A stretch of DNA of 64,000 nucleotides from an uncultured Actinomycetota bacterium (lineage in GTDB: Bacteria; Actinomycetota; Actinomycetes; Mycobacteriales; CADCTP01), in contig CAWKIV010000021.1 in NCBI GenBank assembly GCA_963849885.1, positions 17,064 to 81,063 of the forward strand. The letters are read 5' to 3'. Made by a program: the position numbers and the translations under genes. The first letter of the stretch is position 1; every line of letters begins with the position of its first letter. Positions 54,095-62,849 of this stretch are shown here, piece by piece. A model generated the notes under the pieces. The model saw only the letters and a program-made list of their open reading frames with translations. It was not told the origin of the DNA and made no database searches.

Positions 54095-54143
54095 CTCCGG
54101 GGGTCGCGGGAGGGGGACCGCCGACCAGGCTTCCCGGCACACC
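54095..54143 (-). promoter_or_regulatory. conserved leader element, copy B (upstream of nhaA)
   Basis: Sense strand: GGTGTGCCGGGAAGCCTGGTCGGCGGTCCCCCTCCCGCGACCCCCGGAG, then ctgcc and the ATG. It starts about 20 nt after the stop of the upstream gene. Confidence 0.6.
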
Positions 54144-54164
54144 GCCAGCCAGCGTACCGGGCCG

Positions 54165-55231
54165 TCAGCTGCAGCGGGCGAGCTCGGCCGGCCAGCCCTG
54201 CCAGGCGTACGCGGCGCCGGTCCAGCGCAGCCGGAGGGTGGTGAGCCGGCGCTCGTCGGCCCACGCCCGGCGGTCCACTGTCGCGGTCACCTCGCGCCAG
54301 CCCCGCTGGGCGGTCAGCGTCACCTGGTACGCCCGCGGGTAGCGGCAGTAGCGCCCGAGGACCAGCCGGACGGCGTCCCGGGCGGCCTCCTCGGCCGGCG
54401 CCGGACCGGTGGCCGGCAGGGTGCCGCGGACCGCCTCGGCCGGCCGGCCGATCGGGGACGGCATCGGGATCGGGGTCCGACCGGGCAGCCGGTCGAAGGG
54501 CGGCGGCTGCATCCGGGCGCGGCCGTAGATGATCACCGGGCCGGACGTCGACCCGGCCGCGGCCTGCGCCTGCTCGACCGGGACCGCGGGAGCGCCGGCG
54601 CGCAGGGCGACGACGGCCCCGGCCGCGGCGACGGCCGCGGTGGCCGCGACGGCCCGCCGGCGCCACGGCCCGCTGGCGCCGCCGGCGCGCCACCACCGCC
54701 GCGCGTCCCGGACCACTCGCTGCAGGCCGCTCTCCGCCGGCGGGCGCTCCGGCCCGGACTCGAGCACGTCACCGGCGGACCAGCCGGGGCTGGCCGCTCC
54801 CAGCAGGTCGACATCGCCCCCGCGCCCGGCGGGCTCGCCGCGCCCGGCGCCCTCGGTCCCGTCGCGCCCGGTTCCGCCGTGCGGTCCCGTCGCGCTCGCT
54901 CCCGTCGCTCCCGGTCGCGCTCGCGCCCGTCGCGCTCGCTCGCATCGCTCCCGGCGCCTGCGGTCCCGTCGCGCTCGCTCCCGTCGCGTCCGGCGCGCTC
55001 GTACCCGTGGCGCCCGCTCCCACTGCGCCCGGCGGGTTCGCTCTCGGCGTGCTCGGCGTGCTCGGGAGCAATGCGCGGCCCTCGGTACCACGTCCCGTCG
55101 GCCGGCTCGGCTGCCTTCGCCTCCGGCGCAGGCCCGTACCGGAACCCGTCCCGATAGGGCCGCCGATCAGCCTCCCCGGTCCCGTACCCGGACGCGCCGT
55201 CGCGCGCAGGATCCGGGCCGAGGGGGTCCAC
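54165..55231 (-). CDS. hypothetical membrane-anchored protein with an acidic SERDG-type repeat region. The N- and C-terminal parts lie in different frames.
   Basis: C-terminal frame (54165..): WWRAGGASGPWRRRAVAATAAVAAAGAVVAL (TM)...VRLVLGRYCRYPRAYQVTLTAQRGWREVTATVDRRAW. N-terminal frame (..55231): MDPLGPDPARDGASGYGTGEADRRPYRDGFRYGP...SERDGTAGAGSDASERDGRERD. Confidence 0.5.
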
Positions 55232-55261
55232 GACCAGGGACCTACCGTGATCCGACCGAGA

Positions 55262-57238
55262 TCACTCCTCCGAGCTGGCGGTCGGCAGCTTGTCCGAGAT
55301 CATGTCCATCACCGAGGAGTCGGTCAGCGTGGTCACGTCGCCGAGCTCCCGCTTCTCCGCGACGTCCCGGAGCAGCCGGCGCATGATCTTCCCGGACCGG
55401 GTCTTCGGCAGCTCCGGCACGACCATGATCTGGCGCGGCCGGGCGATCTTGCCGATCTCCTTGGAGACGTGCTCGCGCAGCTCCTTGACCAGCGCCTCGC
55501 CCGAGGCCTCGTCCTCGGCCACCGACCCGCGCACGATCACGAACGCGACGATGCCCTGCCCGGTCGTCGGGTCGGTCGCGCCGACCACCGCCGCCTCGGC
55601 CACCTTCGGGTGCGACACCAGCGCCGACTCCACCTCGGTGGTGGAGATCCGGTGGCCGGACACGTTCATCACGTCGTCCACCCGGCCGAGCAGCCAGATG
55701 TCGCCGTCCTCGTCCTTCTTCGCACCGTCGCCGGCGAAGTAGACGCCCTCGAAGCGGGACCAGTAGGTGTCCTTGTAGCGCTGGTCGTCGCCCCAGATCC
55801 CGCGCAGCATCGACGGCCACGGCTCGGTGAGCACCAGGTATCCGCCGCCGCCGTCGGGCACCGCCTTCCCGGTGTCGTCGACCACATCGGCGCTGACCCC
55901 CGGCAGCGGCCGCATCGCGGCGCCCGGCTTGGCCGCGGTGACCCCCGGCAGCGGGCTGATCATGATCGAGCCGGTCTCGGTCTGCCACCAGGTGTCGACC
56001 ACCGGGGTGCGGTCACCGCCGATGTTCTTCCGATACCAGATCCAGGCCTCGGGGTTGATCGGCTCGCCCACGCTGCCGAGCAGCCGCAGCGTGGACAGGT
56101 CGTGCTTGGCCGGGTGCTCCTCGCCCCACTTCATGAAGGTGCGGATCGCGGTGGGCGCGCAGTAGAGGATCGTCACGCCGTACTTCTGCACGATCTCCCA
56201 CCACCGGCCCTTGTGCGGGGTGTCCGGGAGCCCCTCGTACATCACGCTGGTCGCGCCGTTGGCCAGCGGCCCGTACACGATGTACGAGTGGCCGGTGACC
56301 CAGCCGATGTCGGCCGCGGTCCAGAAGATGTCCGTCTCCGGCTTGTGGTCGAAGACCGCGTTGTGCGTGTAGGACACGCCGGTCAGGTAGCCGCCGGTGG
56401 TGTGCAGGATGCCCTTGGGCTTGGCGGTGGTGCCCGACGTGTACATCACGTAGAGCGGGTGCTCGGCGTCGTGCGGCTCGGCGGTGTGCTCGTCGGACTG
56501 GCCGTCCACGAGCTCGTGCCACCAGACGTCCCGACCCTCGGTCCAGTCGACCTCCTGGCCGGTCCGCCGGACCACCAGCACCTTGTCGACGCCCGGGCAC
56601 TGGGTGACCGCCTCGTCGACCGCCGGCTTGAGCGAGCTCGCCGCCCCGCGCCGGTAGCCACCGTCCTGGGTCACCACCAGCTTGGCGTCGCAGTCGAGGA
56701 TCCGGCTGCGCAGCGCGTCCGCGGAGAAGCCGCCGAAGACGACGGTGTGCGGCGCGCCCAGCCGGGCGCAGGCCAGCATGGTGACCACGGTCTCCGGGAT
56801 CATGGACATGTAGATGGCGACCCGGTCGCCCTTCTGGATGCCCAGCTCGATCAGCGCGTTGGTGGCGCGGCAGACGTCACGCAACAGGTCCGCGTACGTG
56901 ATCGTGCGGGTGTCGCCCGGCTCGCCCTCCCAGTGGAAGGCGACCTTGTCACCGCGGCCGGCCTCGACGTGGCGGTCGACGCAGTTGTACGCCGCGTTGA
57001 GCTGGCCGCCGACGAACCACTTCGCGAACGGCTCCTGCCAGTCCAGCACCGTCTGCCACGGGGTGGCCCAGTCCAGCCGCCGGGCCTGCTCCTCCCAGAA
57101 GGCGAGCCGGTCGGCCTTCGCCCGCTCGTAAGCCTCGGCCTGCACGTTGGCCGCGGCGGCGAGGTCCTCGGGCGGCTCGAAGCGGCGACTCTCGTGCAGC
57201 AGGTTGGAGAGTGTCGCGTCGCTGCTCGTGTCGGTCAC
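55262..57238 (-). CDS. acs: acetyl-CoA synthetase
   Basis: FWEEQARRLDW...NAAYNCVDRH...YTSGTTAKPKG...WWQTETG...PKTRSGKIMRRLLR. Confidence 0.96.
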   Translation of the reverse strand: MTDTSSDATLSNLLHESRRFEPPEDLAAAANVQAEAYERAKADRLAFWEEQARRLDWATPWQTVLDWQEPFAKWFVGGQLNAAYNCVDRHVEAGRGDKVAFHWEGEPGDTRTITYADLLRDVCRATNALIELGIQKGDRVAIYMSMIPETVVTMLACARLGAPHTVVFGGFSADALRSRILDCDAKLVVTQDGGYRRGAASSLKPAVDEAVTQCPGVDKVLVVRRTGQEVDWTEGRDVWWHELVDGQSDEHTAEPHDAEHPLYVMYTSGTTAKPKGILHTTGGYLTGVSYTHNAVFDHKPETDIFWTAADIGWVTGHSYIVYGPLANGATSVMYEGLPDTPHKGRWWEIVQKYGVTILYCAPTAIRTFMKWGEEHPAKHDLSTLRLLGSVGEPINPEAWIWYRKNIGGDRTPVVDTWWQTETGSIMISPLPGVTAAKPGAAMRPLPGVSADVVDDTGKAVPDGGGGYLVLTEPWPSMLRGIWGDDQRYKDTYWSRFEGVYFAGDGAKKDEDGDIWLLGRVDDVMNVSGHRISTTEVESALVSHPKVAEAAVVGATDPTTGQGIVAFVIVRGSVAEDEASGEALVKELREHVSKEIGKIARPRQIMVVPELPKTRSGKIMRRLLRDVAEKRELGDVTTLTDSSVMDMISDKLPTASSEE

Positions 57239-57358
57239 GGCGCTCCTCCAGGGCGGGCGACCCTGCGCTGGGCCGGTGTGGGGCGACCCTATTGGGTGGG
57301 ACCGACACTTTCACGCCCGGCGGGGCGCTGCCGGGGGCGAGCGGTGGCCGGGCTGCGC

Positions 57359-59206
57359 TCAGCGGGCGAGGAACTGGCCGATGGCGCCGGACCGGAAGTC
57401 CTCGATCTGCCGCTGCATGTCCACGGCCGGCCTGCTGATCGCGTGCCGGCTGCGCCGCAGCGTCTCCCGCATCTCGCCCAACCGGAGGGTGAACGTGTCC
57501 AGTCGCTGCTCCTGCGGCAGCATCAGCACCGGCTGCAGCTTCTCCACCGCACCCTCCAGCTCGTTCGCCTGGAGGTGGGCGGTCGCCGCGTCGATCAGCG
57601 CGAGCGTCTCGGCGCCGTAGAAGCGGTCGGCCTGGTTGCCGACCTCGTACAGCCAGACCGCCCGGTCCGCGGCCCGCAGCGCCTGCTCGGGCTCGCGCAA
57701 CCACAGGTAGGTGGTGCCGGCGAGGTAGCTCTGCTGCGCCTCGCTGAACCCGTACAGCCCGCCGACCTCGTCCTCGCCGGCGTGCTCCCGCTCCTCCTCG
57801 GACCGCGCCAGCGCGGTGTGCGCGTCGTCGGTGTTGCCGAGCCGGGCCCAGGCCCGGGCGCCGAGGCTGGCGAGCAGCACCCGGGCGGAGTCCGACGCGG
57901 CGAACCGCAGCCCGTCGTCGGCCAGCCGCGCCGACTCCTGGATGCGGCCGTCCCAGTACGCCACCTTGCTCTGGGTGGCCCGGATCCACGCTCGCAGCCC
58001 GTCCGCGCCCGCCAACTCCGCGCACAGCCAGCCGGTCCGGGCCTGCGTCTCCGCCTCGGAGTGGCGGCCGACGTCGCCGGCCATCCAGGCCAGCAGGCCG
58101 CACAGCCGGCCGGCGATGAGGTAGAGGTGGCTGGTCTGGTTGGGATGCTGCCGGCCCTCCAGCAGGGTGAAGACCCGGTTGCGGACCCGCAGGGTGGCCA
58201 GCATCAGCGGCAGCGGCGGGTTGTTCAGGTAGTCGCGAGCGAGCCGACGGACGTCCTCGTCGAGCTGCTCCAGCGTGGTGGCGCCGATGTTGGTCGCCTC
58301 GGCCCACTCGCCGAACTCGGCGGACTGGCCGGCTGCGTCCATGATGACCTCCTCGTCCGTCGGGAGGTCGCCGGGCGAACCGGTGAGCATGCGATCCCGA
58401 CGGTGTCTTCGGGCGGCCAGGGCCGCATCCGGAGCGGCCGGATCGATCGTGACCGCGATGAGCGGCTGATCCGGCAGCGGTGGGGGTTCGGGTCGGGGGA
58501 CGCGGCGGGGCAGGCTGGGTTCGGTGTCGTACGGTCCGTCCGGATGTCCCTCGGACGGGACCGCGGGGCGGGTCGGCCGCGCGGGAACCGACCGCAGCGC
58601 GGCCCGCCCCGCCGGCTCCGGCCGCTGCGGCGCCGGCCTGCGGGCGGGCGTGGCCGTCGGCGTCGCGGCGACCGCCGGGACCGAGGGCGTGGCCGCCGCC
58701 CGCACCGCGGCGAGCACCGTCCGCTCCTGGTCCGGCATCTTGCGGTGGTCGTCGTAGTCGAGCAGCCGCTCGACCGTCGTGCCGAGGACCGTCGCCAGCA
58801 CGGTGAGCACGTACGGTGACGGCCGGCGACCGCCGTTCGGCCACCGTTCGTACTCCCCGATCCGGGTCCCGATCATCGGTGCCGCCGGCACCGCCGGGCG
58901 GCCGTCGGCGGGCCGGTCTCCACCCAGCCGCTCCGCGACCTCCGTGAAGCGGGCGGCCACCTCGTCCTGGCTCCACCCGTGGGCGTGCCGGTACGCCTCC
59001 CGCGGCCGGAACCCCCAGCGCCGCTCCATCTCGGTGGCGATGAGTTCCAGCGAGCAGCCCCCGACCAGCATCTCCTGGCGGAGCGCGTCGCGCTCCGCCT
59101 TGGACCCCGCTTTGGCCGGTCGAGGCACCTTGATCCCCTGACTCTTCTGGTGGACGCCGGAGCGTCCGCGTCGATTCTCGTGCGTGCTTCCGGCCGATCG
59201 GGCCAT
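57359..59206 (-). CDS. XRE-family helix-turn-helix regulator with a Pro-rich linker and a large TPR-like C-terminal domain
   Basis: N-terminal HTH-like region (LELIATEMERRWGFRPREAYRHAHGWSQDEVAARF), a linker, then a helical repeat domain to the C-terminus. The start is uncertain. Confidence 0.7.
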   Translation of the reverse strand: MARSAGSTHENRRGRSGVHQKSQGIKVPRPAKAGSKAERDALRQEMLVGGCSLELIATEMERRWGFRPREAYRHAHGWSQDEVAARFTEVAERLGGDRPADGRPAVPAAPMIGTRIGEYERWPNGGRRPSPYVLTVLATVLGTTVERLLDYDDHRKMPDQERTVLAAVRAAATPSVPAVAATPTATPARRPAPQRPEPAGRAALRSVPARPTRPAVPSEGHPDGPYDTEPSLPRRVPRPEPPPLPDQPLIAVTIDPAAPDAALAARRHRRDRMLTGSPGDLPTDEEVIMDAAGQSAEFGEWAEATNIGATTLEQLDEDVRRLARDYLNNPPLPLMLATLRVRNRVFTLLEGRQHPNQTSHLYLIAGRLCGLLAWMAGDVGRHSEAETQARTGWLCAELAGADGLRAWIRATQSKVAYWDGRIQESARLADDGLRFAASDSARVLLASLGARAWARLGNTDDAHTALARSEEEREHAGEDEVGGLYGFSEAQQSYLAGTTYLWLREPEQALRAADRAVWLYEVGNQADRFYGAETLALIDAATAHLQANELEGAVEKLQPVLMLPQEQRLDTFTLRLGEMRETLRRSRHAISRPAVDMQRQIEDFRSGAIGQFLAR

Positions 59207-59345
59207 GGCGGGGATCGGGCCTGGTGGATTCCTACCGCCACCGCAGCGTTTCTGCAGGTCAACAGTGAGTCCCGGGTGTGGAGAACGCAACCGCTGCGGG
59301 ACGTGCGCGGTTGTGGGCGCTCTGACACGGTGAGTCACCACACAA

Positions 59346-60688
59346 GTGGGGGACAAGCCCGCTCGGGTCGAGGAGGGCGCAACTGTGGCGCAGCCGCGGT
59401 ATGCGGACGGGGCCGCTGAGAGACCGACGGGTGGAGGTGAGATCCGGCAAGGTGGGTCGGCCGCAGGGGGACCGCGTCCCTGGGATGGGGCGCGTCGGGA
59501 GACCGACGTCACGGGTACGGGGGCCCGGGGACGCGGGCGGCTGCCGGTCAGTCCGGTGCGGGTGGCGCGGACGTTGCGCCTGCTCGTCGACGAGTGGGGC
59601 TGGCCGGTGGTGCCGGGGGCCTTCACCGACGGGGAGGCGTGCTCCTGCGTCGACCCGGGTTGTCCGGAACCCGGCCGGCACGCGCTGGCCGACGCGTCAT
59701 GGCTGGCCGCGACGAGCGACGCCGAACGGGTGCGAGACCGCTGGCGGGCCCATCCGGACGCCGCGATCGTGCTGCCGGTCGGCTGGTGCTTCGACCTGCT
59801 CGAGGTGCCGGAGCGCGGCGGTCGTGAGGCGATCGGCCGGCTGGAGGCCCAGGGCCACCGGCTGCCGCCGGTCATCGCGACGGCCGACGGCCGGCTGCTC
59901 TTCCTGGTCTCGGCGCTCGACCGGAACGCCGGCGAGCTGGCCGAGTCCGGGACGGAATCTACTGCCCCGCGGTCGCCGGGACCCCGCGGTCCGCGGTGGT
60001 GGCCGGCAGCGGCGCCCCGGCCGATCGCGCCGAGCCGCCGCCGGACGGCGTCCTCCACCGGGACTGGGCCGGTCGGGACTTCGCCGGCCCGGAGGAGGCC
60101 GCCCGGGACGCGGCGGCGGCGCGGGCGGCGGTGACCGAGCTCGAGCCGTGGCCGGCGTCGTCGACCTGGCTCGCGTCCGCTGCCGGTTGCCGCCCGGAGA
60201 CCTCCATCTGGGTCGGCGGTGGCGTGCCCGACGCCCCGGACGTGATCGTGCGCCGCAGCGGCCTGCTGGTCGCACCGCTGCTCGGTCCGGAGCCACCCGG
60301 CGTGACCCGCTGGTTGGTGCCACCGGCGCCGCGGCGCGATCCGCTGCCGCGGATGGAAGAGGTGCTCGGACCGATCGTGCACCCCTGCCGGGACGCCGCG
60401 CTGCGGCCGGTCCCGGCGGCCGGGACACGGCGGTCGGAAGGGGTGCCGCAGCGCGCGGATGGCGCGCCGCGGCGACCGGAGACGGTTTCGGGCCGGGGGG
60501 CCGAGGCCGTACCGGTCCGCGGGCCGGAGCGGATGGCGCGGCACGCCGAAGGCGCGCCGCGTGGGAACGCGGTGATCTCGGGCCGGGAATCCGAGATCAC
60601 GCCGGCCCGCGGACCGGAGTCCGGCCCGCCCGCCGCCGCTGTCTCCGGCGCGGGGCGGGCCGGGCCGGCGGCTAGCCTGGCCCGGTGA
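59346..60688 (+). pseudogene. bifunctional DNA primase/polymerase (Prim-Pol)-like protein with degenerate catalytic motifs. Its N- and C-terminal halves lie in different frames.
   Basis: Frame 0: LLVDEWGWPVVPGAFTDGEACSCVDPGCPEPGRHALADASWLAATSDAERVRDRWRAHPDAAIVLPVGWCFDLLEVP...DGRLLFLV. Frame 2: ...VIVRRSGLLVAPLLGPEPPGVTRWLVPP..., ending in a GTGA overlap with the next gene. Confidence 0.6.
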
Positions 60689-61461
60689 CTCCGCCGCTCG
60701 CCCGCGCCGCCCCGCCGGGCCGGGCGGATCCGCTCCGGCCCCTGCTCGACCTGCCGGGCGTGCCGGAGGCCCTCGTCGGCGCGCGTGAGGCTGTCGACCG
60801 CCTGCTCGCACACCGGGTGCTGCGCCGGCAGAGCGCCGCGGTGAGCAGCGAGTCCGCGCTGCGGGGCGCCCGGGCCTCGGCCGCGCTCGCCGGCGCCGAG
60901 GTGTCCCTCGCCGATCTCCGGGCCGGCGGGACCGCCGATCCGACCGTGCAGGGCGCGCTCCGGGTGGTCGGCGGCCTCGGGACGCTGGTCACGGTCTGGG
61001 AGCAGGCGCCGCTGCAGGCGCTCGCCCGGCTGCACGTGCTCGCCGGTGCCGGCTCGGTGCCGACCGATCGGCTCGGCCGTCCGGGTGGCTCCCCGGTGGT
61101 CGCCGCCCGGCTTCGCGGGCTGGCCGACCTGCTCGCCGGAGGCACCCAGGTGCCGGGCACGTTGCTGGCCGCCGTCGTGCACGGCGAGCTGGCCACGCTG
61201 GCACCCTTCGGCGGCGCCGACGACCTGGTCGCCCGGGCGGCCGAGCGGCTGACGCTGGTCACCCGCGGCGTCGACCCCAAGGCGGTCGGCGTCCCGGAGG
61301 TGGGCCACCTGGAGCGCGCCGAGGACTACCGGTCGGCGCTCGCCGGCTACGCGACCGGGTCGGCCGAGGGCGTCGCCGGCTGGCTCCGGCACTGCGCCGT
61401 GGCCGTCGAGCTGGGTGCCCGCGAGGGACTCGCGATCTGCGAGGCGGTGCTGCGCGGCTGA
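60685..61461 (+). CDS. conserved actinobacterial hypothetical protein (all-helical, function unknown)
   Basis: LLDLPGVPEALVGAREAVDRLLAHRVLRRQSAAVSSESALRGARASAALAG...AAVVHGELATLAPFGGADDLVARAAERL. It is translationally coupled to the preceding ORF. Confidence 0.65.
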   Translation: MTPPLARAAPPGRADPLRPLLDLPGVPEALVGAREAVDRLLAHRVLRRQSAAVSSESALRGARASAALAGAEVSLADLRAGGTADPTVQGALRVVGGLGTLVTVWEQAPLQALARLHVLAGAGSVPTDRLGRPGGSPVVAARLRGLADLLAGGTQVPGTLLAAVVHGELATLAPFGGADDLVARAAERLTLVTRGVDPKAVGVPEVGHLERAEDYRSALAGYATGSAEGVAGWLRHCAVAVELGAREGLAICEAVLRG

Positions 61462-61718
61462 CCTCCGCGCGGGGCGAAGCCACGCGATCTCGCCCGAAGG
61501 CCACATGCGAACGGCGCCCCGTCGAGGGAGCGCCGTCGCCCACGGGCGGACCCGGGTTACCAGGCGTGCACCTCTATCGACGGGCAACGACCGAAGTCGA
61601 TCCCGACGTGCCTCCCGCGGCTGGTCGCGCGTGGGTGCCCGGCGTCCGTGTGCGGAGTCTGACCGAGGGGAACTCGTCCACCTGCGGGTCTTCGTCCGTG
61701 CCTCTGTTGTACGCCCCC

Positions 61719-62609
61719 TCACCGGAGGACGGAAGACCACCGCATCAGGAAAGCGTTTGCACCCCGCCTCGCCGGCGGCATGTCGCGGGTTACCGGCGGG
61801 TTGGGCGTGGCGGTCCGCCGCCGGGCCGCATACCAGGCGATGCCGGCCACTGCGGCCCCGACGCCCACCGCCGTGCCGACCACCGGCCGGCGCTGCCCGC
61901 GCAGGCCGGCCAGCCGGCTGCGCAGCGACACCGGCCGGGTGAAGACGAGGATCGGCCAGTCCCGCTCCCGGGCGGCCCGGCGCAGCGCCCGGTCCGGGTT
62001 GACGGCGGCGGGGTGACCGACCGCCTCCAGCATCGGCAGGTCGGTGATCGAGTCGCTGTACGCGTAGCAGTCCGCCAGGTCGTAGCCGGCCGCCTCGGCG
62101 AGCTCCCGCATCGCCGCCGCCTTCGTCGGCCCGTAGGCGTAGTACTCGACCTGACCGGTGTACCGCCCCTCCTCGACCACCATCCGGGTGGCGATCACCC
62201 GGTCGGCACCGACCAACTCGCCAATCGGGCCGACCACCTCCTCGCCACTGCTGGAGACGATCACCACCTCCCGACCGCTGGCCTTGTGGTCCTCGATCAG
62301 GCCGGCCGCCTCGTCGTAGATCAGCGGATCCACGATCTCGATCAGCGTCTCCGCGACGATGTCCTTCACCTGCTGCACGTCCCAGCCGGTGCACATCTCG
62401 GTGATGTAATCCCGCATCCGGGTCATCTGGTCCTCGTCCGCGCCGGCGACCAGGTAGACCAGCTGCGCGTACGCAGCCTTGAGGGAGGCCCGCCGGTTGA
62501 TCAGGCCGCCGGCCCGGAACGGCCGCCCGAAGGCCAGGGCGCTGGACCTCGCAATGATCGTCTTGTCGAGGTCGAAGAATGCCGCGGAGCGGTGCACACT
62601 GGAGAGCAT
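61719..62609 (-). CDS. HAD-IB family hydrolase (SerB-like)
   Basis: AAFFDLDKTII (DxDxT motif), VVIVSSSG, and YSDSITDLPMLEAVGHPAAVNPD. ATG at 62609. Confidence 0.88.
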   Translation of the reverse strand: MLSSVHRSAAFFDLDKTIIARSSALAFGRPFRAGGLINRRASLKAAYAQLVYLVAGADEDQMTRMRDYITEMCTGWDVQQVKDIVAETLIEIVDPLIYDEAAGLIEDHKASGREVVIVSSSGEEVVGPIGELVGADRVIATRMVVEEGRYTGQVEYYAYGPTKAAAMRELAEAAGYDLADCYAYSDSITDLPMLEAVGHPAAVNPDRALRRAARERDWPILVFTRPVSLRSRLAGLRGQRRPVVGTAVGVGAAVAGIAWYAARRRTATPNPPVTRDMPPARRGANAFLMRWSSVLR

Positions 62610-62727
62610 AGGAGTACCGCTGCCACGGAATCCGGCCAGAATCACGCGGACGGCCCTGTGTGAGTCGGGTGCGGATCGGGTAGACCAACGGCAGGTGGGG
62701 ACGGCAACGGCCGCCTCCACGCAGAAC

Positions 62728-62795
62728 GTCCGGCTCAACCCCCCGGAGCCGGGCCTCGACGGCCCCCGCTATCCCCCCAAGCGGGGGCCGTCCCC
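62728..62795 (+). ncRNA. 6C sRNA (two hairpins, each with a six-C loop)
   Basis: Hairpin 1: CCGGCTC-aaCCCCCCg-GAGCCGG (62730-62752). Hairpin 2: GACGGCCCCCGC-tatCCCCCCaa-GCGGGGGCCGTC (62758-62792), followed by CCCTTTCC. It lies next to the HAD and tad genes, as the M. tuberculosis 6C (B11) sRNA does. Confidence 0.85.
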
Positions 62796-62849
62796 TTTCC
62801 CGGCGAGACCGGCATACTGCCCGTTTCCACGCGCCGTACACCTGCGCGA

